This document shows, one piece after another, positions 23,469 to 32,000 of a stretch of 32,000 bases of DNA. Below the pieces are notes generated by a model that saw nothing but the letters and a program-made list of their open reading frames with translations, was not told where the DNA came from and did no database searches. How positions within the stretch are numbered: the stretch's first letter is position 1; each line of letters starts with the position of its first letter. The DNA comes from Candidatus Electrothrix sp. GW3-4. Lineage in GTDB: Bacteria; Desulfobacterota; Desulfobulbia; Desulfobulbales; Desulfobulbaceae. The stretch lies in the NCBI RefSeq assembly GCF_037902255.1, contig NZ_CP147990.1, forward strand, positions 2,760,001-2,792,000, read 5' to 3'. The position numbers and the translations under genes are program-made.

Positions 23469-24953
23469 ATGCCAAAACAACCTATCTACGAGGAACTGGA
23501 AAACAGGATCCAGCAGTTAGAACAGGAAAAATCAGAGTATGAAGAAACACAGAATGAATTGGGCAAGTCTATAAACAATTATCGCACCATCTTCAACGCG
23601 GTAAACGATGCTATTTTGATTCACAACATACAGGACGGTAGCTTTCTCGACGTCAACCAAAAGGCGTCAGAGCTCTATGGCTATACCAAAGAGGAGATCC
23701 TTCAGCTGGATGTCAATGCCCTCAGCGTGGGCATCCCACCTTATACCCAGGCTGAAGCCAAGGCCTATATCCTGAAGGCAATGCAGGACGGACCGCAGAT
23801 ATTCGAATGGCAGGGCAAGAAAAAAAACGGGGCACTTTTTTGGGTTGAGGTGAATCTCAAAAAATCCCTTCTTGATGGCAAGGAATGTATCATTGCGGTG
23901 GTACGGGATATCAGCGAGCGCAAGCAAAACGAGGAGGCCCTGCGGAGGGAAGGGAAAAAGTACCGGACAATCATTCAAACCGCCACGGATGGCTTCTGGC
24001 TGGCAGATATGCAGGGGAAAATTTTAGAAAGTAACGATGCCTATTGCCGCATGAGCGGATACAGTCAAGAAGAATTGCGCTCTATGTGCATTCCAGAATT
24101 AGATGGTTTGGAGAAACCGGATGTAGTTGCGACAAAAATACAAAAAATTTTCCAAACAGGCTATGATCGCTTCGAGACAAAACATCGGCGTAAGGACGGG
24201 ACGTTGTATGATGTGGAAGTCAGTACGCAATACCTGGCAATTGAGGAGGGATACTTTGTTGTTTTTTTACGTGACATTACTGCCCGAAAAGAAGCAGAGG
24301 ACAAACTAAAATCCTCCATTGAAGAAAAAAACATCCTCTTGCGCGAACTCTATCATCGCACCAAAAACACCCTCCAGGTGATTCGTTCAATGCTCGTCCT
24401 GCAGGCGGCCACCATGCCGGACAATGTCCAGGTCCAGAAACTGGTCACCGATACCGAGCAAAGGATCTTGACCATCTCCTTGGTCCATCAGAAATTGTAT
24501 CAATCACAGGACCTTTCTCGCATTGCCCTTCAGGATTATCTCCAGGAACTGGCAGACCTCATCATTCAGAGTTACTTACCCGCAGCTCAGAACATCTCGC
24601 TCAGCTTTGAGAGTGAACCGCTGTTCTTGTTGCTTGACACGGCAATCCCCTGCGGGCTCGTTGTTAACGAACTGCTCTCAAATGCTCTGAAATACGCCTT
24701 TCCAAACAACCAATCAGGACAAATCGTAATACGGGTATCTCGAAATGAGGCAGCAAACATCGAGGTCTCAGTGAGTGATACGGGTATAGGTGTGTCGCCG
24801 GGATTTGATTTTGAAGCGCAGACCACCTTAGGGCTTCAAACCGTGTTTGCGATTGCGGAAAAGCAACTCCAGGGGAAAGTACGCTTTCTCACGCAAAAGG
24901 GCGTGACGTGCATTTTTGAATTTCCTGACACCCTGTATTCCCAACGGGTGTAA
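23469..24953 (+). CDS. PAS-PAS-HisKA_2-HATPase cytoplasmic sensor histidine kinase
   Basis: There are two PAS-like modules (YRTIFNAVNDAILIH...; YRTIIQTATDGFWLAD...HRRKDG). The H-box ELYHRTKNTLQVI is of the HisKA_2 type, and the ATPase boxes are ELLSNALKYAF and DTGIG. The start is either the ATG at 23469 or the GTG at 23460. Confidence 0.85.
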   Translation: MPKQPIYEELENRIQQLEQEKSEYEETQNELGKSINNYRTIFNAVNDAILIHNIQDGSFLDVNQKASELYGYTKEEILQLDVNALSVGIPPYTQAEAKAYILKAMQDGPQIFEWQGKKKNGALFWVEVNLKKSLLDGKECIIAVVRDISERKQNEEALRREGKKYRTIIQTATDGFWLADMQGKILESNDAYCRMSGYSQEELRSMCIPELDGLEKPDVVATKIQKIFQTGYDRFETKHRRKDGTLYDVEVSTQYLAIEEGYFVVFLRDITARKEAEDKLKSSIEEKNILLRELYHRTKNTLQVIRSMLVLQAATMPDNVQVQKLVTDTEQRILTISLVHQKLYQSQDLSRIALQDYLQELADLIIQSYLPAAQNISLSFESEPLFLLLDTAIPCGLVVNELLSNALKYAFPNNQSGQIVIRVSRNEAANIEVSVSDTGIGVSPGFDFEAQTTLGLQTVFAIAEKQLQGKVRFLTQKGVTCIFEFPDTLYSQRV

Positions 24954-24964
24954 GGGGACACATC

Positions 24965-26920
24965 TCAGAGATGATCAGTAACCCATTCCATGACTGCGGC
25001 AAAGGGATACTGTTCCAACCGCCCGAACAGTTCATGCCTGCTCAGCTTATTCCTGGTCAGACCAGGAGATGACAGACCACAGAGCAACCGGGTAATCTGA
25101 CGTGGGCTCGCCAGGGCCTGCGGGTATTCTCTTTGTACTCGTTGCAGCTTTTCCGTCAGGTTATCCTGCTCCGACACAGGCGTGTTGGCTCTCCCATTGA
25201 TCAGCGTATTATTCTTTTCCTCCAAACAGAAAGAACAATGGCCGCAGTTGGCTGGGCGTTCCTCGCCAAAATAGCGGAGCAGGAAGCCGGTCTTGCACCC
25301 CGGATGATTCACCAAATCCACCACCAGTCCCAACCGATCCAGGTCACTCTGCTCCCGTTGAGCAAAGCGCTTGACCAACTCGTCCTTAAGGGCGACAATA
25401 TCCAGATGATCAGCAGCAAGCCTTCTGAAACCAAGACGTGCTCCGCTGACCTTGAGCACCAGATCCCCCTGCTGTTCCAGATAATCCAGAGCCGCGATCA
25501 CCCGTTTCCTCGGACTGCCCGTCCGTTGTGCCGCCTCATCAAGATCAATACTGAACCAGATCTTCTGCTTGACTGCGCAGGAAAGAAGCCTCTTAAGAAA
25601 TGCCTGATGTTCTGCATCAAAGCGGGGTAGGATCTCCACAGACGGCCGTAAGGGTTTAAAGGAGTAGCTGCTATAAAACGGGCCCGTGGATGCAAGCAGC
25701 CCCTCAAGCTCCAGATAGGTGAGCAGGGTCTTCACCACCAGCGGCCGCATATCAAACTGTCCTGAAAGATCATAAATGGAACAGGAAAACACCGCCTCCT
25801 GGCCAAGGATATGATCGACAAACGCCTGCACCTGCTCAGGCTCCGGGGTATCGCCGTAGACAAAATTCTCCAGCACATGCAGATCATTACCATTGCCGAG
25901 CATAATGCAGACCGCAGGCAGACCGTCCCGCCCTGCCCTGCCGATCTCCTGGGCATAGTTTTCCAGGCTCTTTGGCAAGTTATAATGAAAGACCGCCCGG
26001 ATATTACTCTTATCAATCCCCATACCAAAAGCAATGGTGGCAACCACCACTGCCTCGTCCGAGGCCATAAACCAATCCTGAACCTCTTGGCGTTGTTCAT
26101 CCTTCATGCCAGCATGATAGGGCCGGGCCGCAAAGCCTGCCTTGGCCAGCAAACCAGCCACCTGCATCGCTGTTTGCTGCAGGGTCACATAGACAATGGT
26201 CGGTCCTGAGCTCCCGCTTTCCTGCTGCTCAGTCAATCGACGCACCAAGGCCTGATCCGGCTCATCATTGGGCTCAAAGAGCAGACTCAGGTTGGGGCGA
26301 TAGAATCCGGTCTGGATGCAGTCCGATTCAGCAACAGAAAAACTCTGGCGGATATCCGCTGCCACCTGAGGCGTTGCCGTGGCCGTCAGACCCAACACCG
26401 CAGGCACGGCAAAGCCCTTGGCCAGTTCTGCCAGCTTGAGATAATCAGGACGAAAATTATGGCCCCATTCGGAAATACAATGGGCCTCATCAATGACCAT
26501 GAGGGAAAGTCGGAGCCGGGACACCAGGCCCACAAAGCGCTCATTGGCAAAGCGTTCCGGAGCCACATAGAGCAGCTTCAGTTCATTACCTTGCAGTTGC
26601 CCATACACTGCATTGACCTGATTGAAATCCAGAGAGGAATCCAGGCGGGCTGCTGCGATCCCTTTGCCGATCAGGAAATCCACCTGATCCTTCATCAGGG
26701 CCATGAGCGGGGAGATCACCAGGGTCAAGCCAGGAAGATGGAGGGCGGGCAGCTGATAACAGAGGCTCTTGCCCTGGCCAGTGGGAAAGATTGCCAAGGC
26801 AGAACGACCCGCCAACACGGCAGATATTACCACCTCTTGGCCAGGCAGAAAGGCGTCAAAGCCAAAGACCTGTTGCAGGGTTTCTCCGGGCGTACTCGTT
26901 ATACTCGTCAATGCGGTCAT
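24965..26920 (-). CDS. recQ: RecQ-family ATP-dependent DNA helicase
   Basis: FGFDAFLPGQEEV...TGQGKSLCYQLPAL (motifs 0/I), VIDEAHCISEWGHNFRPDY (DEAH, motif II), LTATAT, IAFGMGIDKSNIR and QEIGRAGRDG. A cysteine cluster CGHCSFC sits near the C-terminus. A strong RBS GGGAGGAGG lies upstream. Confidence 0.9.
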   Translation of the reverse strand: MTALTSITSTPGETLQQVFGFDAFLPGQEVVISAVLAGRSALAIFPTGQGKSLCYQLPALHLPGLTLVISPLMALMKDQVDFLIGKGIAAARLDSSLDFNQVNAVYGQLQGNELKLLYVAPERFANERFVGLVSRLRLSLMVIDEAHCISEWGHNFRPDYLKLAELAKGFAVPAVLGLTATATPQVAADIRQSFSVAESDCIQTGFYRPNLSLLFEPNDEPDQALVRRLTEQQESGSSGPTIVYVTLQQTAMQVAGLLAKAGFAARPYHAGMKDEQRQEVQDWFMASDEAVVVATIAFGMGIDKSNIRAVFHYNLPKSLENYAQEIGRAGRDGLPAVCIMLGNGNDLHVLENFVYGDTPEPEQVQAFVDHILGQEAVFSCSIYDLSGQFDMRPLVVKTLLTYLELEGLLASTGPFYSSYSFKPLRPSVEILPRFDAEHQAFLKRLLSCAVKQKIWFSIDLDEAAQRTGSPRKRVIAALDYLEQQGDLVLKVSGARLGFRRLAADHLDIVALKDELVKRFAQREQSDLDRLGLVVDLVNHPGCKTGFLLRYFGEERPANCGHCSFCLEEKNNTLINGRANTPVSEQDNLTEKLQRVQREYPQALASPRQITRLLCGLSSPGLTRNKLSRHELFGRLEQYPFAAVMEWVTDHL

Positions 26921-27064
26921 GCCTCCTCCCTTGCTGTGGCATTAGGCAACCCTTATCCCCCTCCAGGGCTATGGGGTTGAAAAAATAGCTTCTCTTCTCA
27001 AAAAGCAGGGGCTACTGTGGGGATATCCCTGAGAACACTCCCGAAAAACACATGCTCTCGCATA

Positions 27065-30000
27065 TTACCCCGACGTGCCGGTCAGTTGCATAAAATGAAG
27101 GAGATACTCCTCCGGCATTTTTTCAGGATGAATTTCAGACGTACGCTTATTTCCACAGGAAGCCCATATAACACCATGCTGCCCATGTGCTATCTTCCGG
27201 ATTTTCTCACCCTGCTCACTGACACTATGATACTCAAAATATACGGTAAACCCTTCCACAAAAACTTTACAAAGATACATTGAGACCTCTATAATCTCAA
27301 AAGGCATAGCCTCTTGCAGATGATGTACCTCTGCATGCACACAGACAAAATCACCGTTAAGATCCTGAGAAGATATATCTGAAAACTTTGTGGCAAGATA
27401 ATAATCACGTACCCGTGCCTGCCAGTTATAATACTTGGAGAAATAGATATTACCAACCAAATTTGAATCCTCTCGGGATGTGAGAAATTGCTGCTGGTAC
27501 AACATATATTGTTTTCTTTTGGAAATACCTGCTAAAAACAGAGGTGCAGCTTTTGAGAAGAACGGATGTCTATTCTTGCCCGGCGGCTCAGAATCATCTT
27601 GAGAGCGAGAAAGCTTCTCAAGATATGCTCTAAAATACTCAGGCAGAACAGCTGGCTGAACATTGCCATGTCCCTCAACTTTGACCCAGGTGGTTGCAAG
27701 CCTCCCTGAGACAGCCCGAACCAAGCTACCATCCTCCTGTTTTTTAAACCACTTAAATGCCAAGGACAGAAAAGATCGGGCAAGATCGGTATCCTCCAGC
27801 AAACGGACCTCGCCGATTACAGTATCATAGCTATCCAACAGCCGCTCGACAGAAAAAAAAGACCTGTTCGTCACCATCCCCCATTGACGACTTTTCATAT
27901 CTTGCACGAGAAGATCGGCTATGGGCAACAGGGCTAATTCCCTAAGTTCCCCCATCCATACCGGGATATTGGTGAAATAAACCTTTCCCCTTGGCCCCCT
28001 GCCCTCTAAAAAGGTCGTGGTAAATTCGTGGGTAAAACTGCCTACCTTATTCGGCCAACTCTCCGTATTTCCAGACACAGGTACCTGCTCAGGACGGGTT
28101 GCCTTACGACATTTTTCTGGCACAACCATGGCCAGCATCCGTTCGCCTCTCAGGGTAAACCTGACCGGAAAGGTGAGAACACAACAATCACCGTATATAA
28201 ACAACACGGTATCGTCTTTTTTCTCGGAAAGGCGGAGCAGGCTCGTATCAGGCCAGATTTCCAAGGCCTTAAAAACAGCCTCAAAGGCTGTCCATAATCT
28301 GGTTCCGGCCCGAGCCAGGCTGTCTCCCTGTTCGAGCAGACGGGTAAGCACGACCTCACTCCCCTCCCCCAGCAAACCTTGCCATTCCTCTCTTGTCCGG
28401 CTGGCTATGATTTCAAGATCGCAGCCCTGGGATTCTTGCCCCGCTGTACAGACAATGGTCCCCTCATTATGTGTCAGAGAAAAATGCACCCCAGCATCAG
28501 TGGGAATAGCAAGGGAAGGTTTCCCCTCCTGTGACCAGGAAATTTCGATACGAGTGTCTGAGGCGTCCAAAAGAGGCGCCAGGGCCTTCCTGATGAAGGG
28601 CAGCTCTTTTTTCCGCCGCCCCTCTTTACCAAGATGTTGGAGAGAGCAAATAAAGTCTGAACTGACTTCTGGGAGCATACAATGGGCAGGCAAAAATGTT
28701 TCTCGTTGTTTTAATTCGCTCAGCAGAATTTCTTGGTCGCGATAGCCGGGAGCCACCAAGTCCTCTGCGGTTGGATTGCCCTGCTTGTATTCGATAATCT
28801 GCGCCCGATAACCTGTTATCCGTTCAATAACCTGCCCCTGTTTATTAAAGGCGGTCACCGTGCCGAAAATATATTTTTCCGTATGGTCTTCGATACAGGT
28901 TTCTCCCCACACAGGTTCCTCAGGACTGATCGCTACAGGAAAGCGCTCAATACGTTGAATACGGGCAGGCAAACAGAGGTCCCTGGGAACCGGGAGCTGC
29001 CCTGACTGCAGGAGTGCATCCCGCAGAAAAGGATCTCCAAGCACCCATGTTCCCCCAAAACGTTCTGCGGAATCAAGCAAAGGGGCAACGGTAAAGAGAC
29101 AGCTCTCAGAACTGAGCTGGAAGACCTGTTCAATTCTCTGATACAATGGCCCCTGAAAAAGCAATTCTTCTGTATAGAGATCCGTCTCAGGAATAAGACC
29201 AAGGGGGGAGGGCTGCTCCAGCACATCGTGCCGGAGAGGCGGGGTATCCTCTTTCAACACAAAGGTCGCTGTAAAATGATCAACACGGAACTCGGTCTGT
29301 TCTGTGCGTATCTGCACCTGAACCTGGGGTTCGCTATCCAGATCATCCTGCTCAAGAACTAAGGCATGGATCTCAATTTCCGCTCCGCTCTCCTCAGGCA
29401 CAATAATTGGGCGTGCCAATTCAATATCCTCAATACACACCGCATCAAAGCAGCTTTTCCCGGTAACCGTCCATACCACCTGGGCCATCGCCTCAAGCCC
29501 GAACACCAGAGGAAAAAGATAGGTACCACGCCAGCAATGCTCTTTGATATAAGGATCATCTGCTAAGGTCAGTTGTGTTCTGGAGATAATCTCAATCCCT
29601 GGTTGATAATTACGCACCCTGTCAATAAAACGCAATCCTGACGGAAGTGCTGGTCCATGAGCAGCAAAGGTGTCCAAACCAGAGGTTCGAGCAGTGACAA
29701 TGACTTGGTCCGCAACAGGATCATGGGTGGCAAGTTGGAGAAACCGGGAAGTTCCCTGCTGAATGGATAAGGCCTCCACCCCTATTTGGCTCAACCACGA
29801 GGTACTACCCATCCGAACACCCATCCCCACCTCGTCCCAAATGCTGAAGGCGACACAGAGGGTGCGAGTACGAGGCTCGGTTTCCCCATACTGGCGCAGA
29901 AAAAGATGCAGGGCCTCATTGGAAAAGCCATACCAACCGTTCTTCTTCATTCCAGATATTCCCACAAGAGACGAAAAGGCCATAAACAGCTGGGGAGGGT

Positions 30001-32000
30001 GATCGTGCAACGCCGTGCAGAGATTCATGGCCCCGATTATTTTAGGCTGGATCTCCTCCAGGGCCTGCCCGACAGATACATGACAAAGCTCACCAGGTCG
30101 ATTCAGAGCACTGCCATGAATAACGCCGCTAATGGTTCCCTGTTCATTCTCTACCTGACGAACGAGCCGCTTCACGGCCTCAGTATCTGTGACATCGCAT
30201 TGATAATAATGTGCTGAAAGACCGGCCTCGTTGGCACGCTTCAGGGTAGAGAGGATCTCATCCTGCTGTTCATTGCGCATTGCTGGTGAAGAACTGCCCA
30301 CCAAGGCCAGCTGTACCCCGGTAGCACGAGCAAAGGCCAACACGCATTCCGCAGTAATGCCTTTTGCCCCACCAGTAGCAAGAATCACATCTTTTGACGA
30401 CCATGGTATGGGCCGCGCTTGATCAGCAGCAATATTCCTTACAACAGGCCGGGGAACCCGACGAATCTGATCGGCCGCATAACCAACAGCTGCATAGTGC
30501 TCAGCAGTGCCCAGTTCCAGCAGTATATATTCACAAAGCTTATCAGCTGCAATCTGCGGCGAAAAATCAAGCACCCTCACCTTAAGATCAGGTTGTTCAA
30601 GATGATAGCTGGCAGCCAAGGCCTTTGCTGAACAGCGGCGAATATTCACCTTCAGCGGCCCATCACCGAAAAATCCATCCCCAATTTGCACCACAGCAAG
30701 CATCTGATTTGCCCCCCCGGTTCGGTGAAAAGAGGGTGAGAAGATGGTATGCAGCCTGATGACCTGGTCAGCCAGAGCTTGCTGATCAAGAGATTCATCA
30801 GATTCCTGCTGCGGCAGCAGGGCAATGACATAGGTAAACCTGGTCAGCAGGGAAGCGATCGTTTGGCGCGCATCTAGAAAAGGGATGAGTTCCACCTTGA
30901 CTGTAAAACGATGTAATACCCCCTCAAGCTGTTCTGCAAGAGGCCGTTCAGTTGGCTCAAAAAGGATCAGGACCTCCTCTTCCCAAGGCAACAGGTCATG
31001 TCCAGCTACATCTTCTGGAAGCGCCTCAGGAAGGTATTGCAGGATAAAATCACGGACCCAGCCAGGATACCTCGGAGAATTATTCTCAGCAATGTCCTCC
31101 AAGGGTTGCTCTGGTTCCCTGTCAAGGAGTTCAGTCAGTTCCTGCAGGGTGGCGTTGGCGTATTCGAAAACATTCAGTTTGGCGGCAGCCACCCCTGCCT
31201 GGCTTGCAGCTTCGAAAAGCAACTCAGAGGCCTTGATGGAATCAAGATTCAGGTCATCCAGGAGGCGAAGATCCATAGAAAGGCTTTCCGGTGGAAAGCC
31301 GGTTCGTTCTGCAATCAGGGTAACCAGTAAGTCAGCACAGGATATCTTCTCTCCCTCAGCTCTCTCATCGACACCGGGTACCTTTTTCTCGGATAAAGCA
31401 GGCAGGGGATGGATGGGGATCAGCTTCCGGGGGGAATCAGAGGGGACGGGCACGGGCCCCAAAGAGACCAGATTATCAAGATCTACCCTGATAAGATCCC
31501 CGAGAAATCGGCTACGCTGCCCCAGATAAGCAGCCAATTTTTCCTGTGAAATACCAGCGGATTCAGCAAGGAGACGATCTGTCTCGCCAAAGTTACCCTG
31601 CTCTGACAAAGGGACCGTTGCTGAAGGAGATGCCTCATCTTTTTGCTCTGCAAAAGGCAGTTCGCAGGGGTTGCTCAAAAAAACACGTTCATCCACCGGG
31701 GTAAAGGGACGAATAAGACGGTCTGCATACAGGGCATGCCAGTTGATTGTTCCGCCACGGACAAAATAGTTTGCCAAAAAGAGATTCAGGTCCCTGTCCT
31801 GTTCCGGTTCTGTTTCAAGAGGGAAACAGGACGGAACCAGGCCTTCATCGTTTATTGCAAGGGTCTTGTGGGCAAGCCCCGTCAACACCCGCCCCGGCCC
31901 CACCTCTAATAGCAGATCGCATTCCTTGCCCATCTCCTGAACCAAGGCCATAAAATCGACCGGAGAGGTCACCTGTGCTGAAAAATGTCTCCTCAGATCG
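27065..32000 (-). CDS. Iterative type I polyketide synthase, 5'-partial: ...AT(C-term)-ACP-KR-DH-PPTase-tandem hot-dog (thioesterase-like)
   Basis: The frame stays open upstream of the GTG at 31972 to the window edge (..DLRRHFSAQVTSPVDF..EVGPGRVLTGL, the end of an acyltransferase domain).
- ACP: LDDLNLDSIKASEL, with Ser at 31238-31240.
- KR: ILATGGAKGIT Rossmann motif at 30353-30376.
- DH: HCWRGTYLFP (HxxxGxxxxP), with His at 29537-29539.
- PPTase: VHFSLTHNEG, GCDLE at 28412-28426, and WTAFEAVFKAL.
- Two C-terminal hot-dog-like units follow (..KVYFTNIPVWMGELRE..; ..NLVGNIYFSKYYNWQARVRDYYL..). Confidence 0.88.
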   Translation of the reverse strand, partial: DLRRHFSAQVTSPVDFMALVQEMGKECDLLLEVGPGRVLTGLAHKTLAINDEGLVPSCFPLETEPEQDRDLNLFLANYFVRGGTINWHALYADRLIRPFTPVDERVFLSNPCELPFAEQKDEASPSATVPLSEQGNFGETDRLLAESAGISQEKLAAYLGQRSRFLGDLIRVDLDNLVSLGPVPVPSDSPRKLIPIHPLPALSEKKVPGVDERAEGEKISCADLLVTLIAERTGFPPESLSMDLRLLDDLNLDSIKASELLFEAASQAGVAAAKLNVFEYANATLQELTELLDREPEQPLEDIAENNSPRYPGWVRDFILQYLPEALPEDVAGHDLLPWEEEVLILFEPTERPLAEQLEGVLHRFTVKVELIPFLDARQTIASLLTRFTYVIALLPQQESDESLDQQALADQVIRLHTIFSPSFHRTGGANQMLAVVQIGDGFFGDGPLKVNIRRCSAKALAASYHLEQPDLKVRVLDFSPQIAADKLCEYILLELGTAEHYAAVGYAADQIRRVPRPVVRNIAADQARPIPWSSKDVILATGGAKGITAECVLAFARATGVQLALVGSSSPAMRNEQQDEILSTLKRANEAGLSAHYYQCDVTDTEAVKRLVRQVENEQGTISGVIHGSALNRPGELCHVSVGQALEEIQPKIIGAMNLCTALHDHPPQLFMAFSSLVGISGMKKNGWYGFSNEALHLFLRQYGETEPRTRTLCVAFSIWDEVGMGVRMGSTSWLSQIGVEALSIQQGTSRFLQLATHDPVADQVIVTARTSGLDTFAAHGPALPSGLRFIDRVRNYQPGIEIISRTQLTLADDPYIKEHCWRGTYLFPLVFGLEAMAQVVWTVTGKSCFDAVCIEDIELARPIIVPEESGAEIEIHALVLEQDDLDSEPQVQVQIRTEQTEFRVDHFTATFVLKEDTPPLRHDVLEQPSPLGLIPETDLYTEELLFQGPLYQRIEQVFQLSSESCLFTVAPLLDSAERFGGTWVLGDPFLRDALLQSGQLPVPRDLCLPARIQRIERFPVAISPEEPVWGETCIEDHTEKYIFGTVTAFNKQGQVIERITGYRAQIIEYKQGNPTAEDLVAPGYRDQEILLSELKQRETFLPAHCMLPEVSSDFICSLQHLGKEGRRKKELPFIRKALAPLLDASDTRIEISWSQEGKPSLAIPTDAGVHFSLTHNEGTIVCTAGQESQGCDLEIIASRTREEWQGLLGEGSEVVLTRLLEQGDSLARAGTRLWTAFEAVFKALEIWPDTSLLRLSEKKDDTVLFIYGDCCVLTFPVRFTLRGERMLAMVVPEKCRKATRPEQVPVSGNTESWPNKVGSFTHEFTTTFLEGRGPRGKVYFTNIPVWMGELRELALLPIADLLVQDMKSRQWGMVTNRSFFSVERLLDSYDTVIGEVRLLEDTDLARSFLSLAFKWFKKQEDGSLVRAVSGRLATTWVKVEGHGNVQPAVLPEYFRAYLEKLSRSQDDSEPPGKNRHPFFSKAAPLFLAGISKRKQYMLYQQQFLTSREDSNLVGNIYFSKYYNWQARVRDYYLATKFSDISSQDLNGDFVCVHAEVHHLQEAMPFEIIEVSMYLCKVFVEGFTVYFEYHSVSEQGEKIRKIAHGQHGVIWASCGNKRTSEIHPEKMPEEYLLHFMQLTGTSG

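Noticed and set aside
28017-31529. + strand ORFs within the PKS (28017-28745, 30885-31529 and others)
   Set aside because: They are antisense to a continuous 1.6-kaa PKS frame with ACP, KR, DH and PPTase motifs. Their serine/arginine-rich composition is typical of shadow frames.

Overview
The window is a bacterial chromosomal segment with core genes at both ends and an AT-rich accessory island in between, at about 10.9-23.4 kb. By hand count, the 60-nt line starting at 15001 has 15 G+C, against 32 G+C for the line starting at 9001.

Left core:
- A GAF/HD-GYP gene runs off the left edge. It is missing from the supplied ORF track and I found it by manual translation.
- A minus-strand operon encodes gmhB, a DHH-CBS-CCA/poly(A) polymerase fusion and an M50 protease.
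- A secreted M16 peptidase sits divergent from an OmpR-type response regulator and sensor kinase pair.

Accessory island:
- It opens with a 21-bp phased repeat array and a small basic-tailed orphan gene.
- A complete integron follows: an intact integron integrase, attI and four attC-bounded cassettes. The crossover heptamers cross-validate every cassette boundary.
- Cassette 4 encodes a 414-aa AT-rich protein with an Rx4H (HEPN-like) motif. This is my best candidate for an uncharacterised defence or abortive-infection effector.
- Cassette 2 carries two paralogous mini membrane proteins. Cassettes 1 and 3 encode orphans.
- Beyond the array lie a TPR-like orphan, an MBL-fold hydrolase, a secreted protein, an HhH protein, a Uma2 endonuclease and a decayed PD-(D/E)XK nuclease gene. 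That remnant runs into a strongly G-depleted tract, followed by a coiled-coil orphan.

Right core:
- A PAS-PAS-HisKA_2 kinase and a RecQ-family helicase.
- The 3' 4.9 kb of an iterative type I PKS with domain order AT-ACP-KR-DH-PPTase, the order seen in enediyne-type PKSs. It carries an extra fused C-terminal tandem hot-dog module and runs off the right edge.

I saw no rRNA, tRNA or CRISPR array. All family assignments come from motif recognition by eye, with no database search. The gene content loosely suggests a Desulfobacterota-like genome, but that is a guess.
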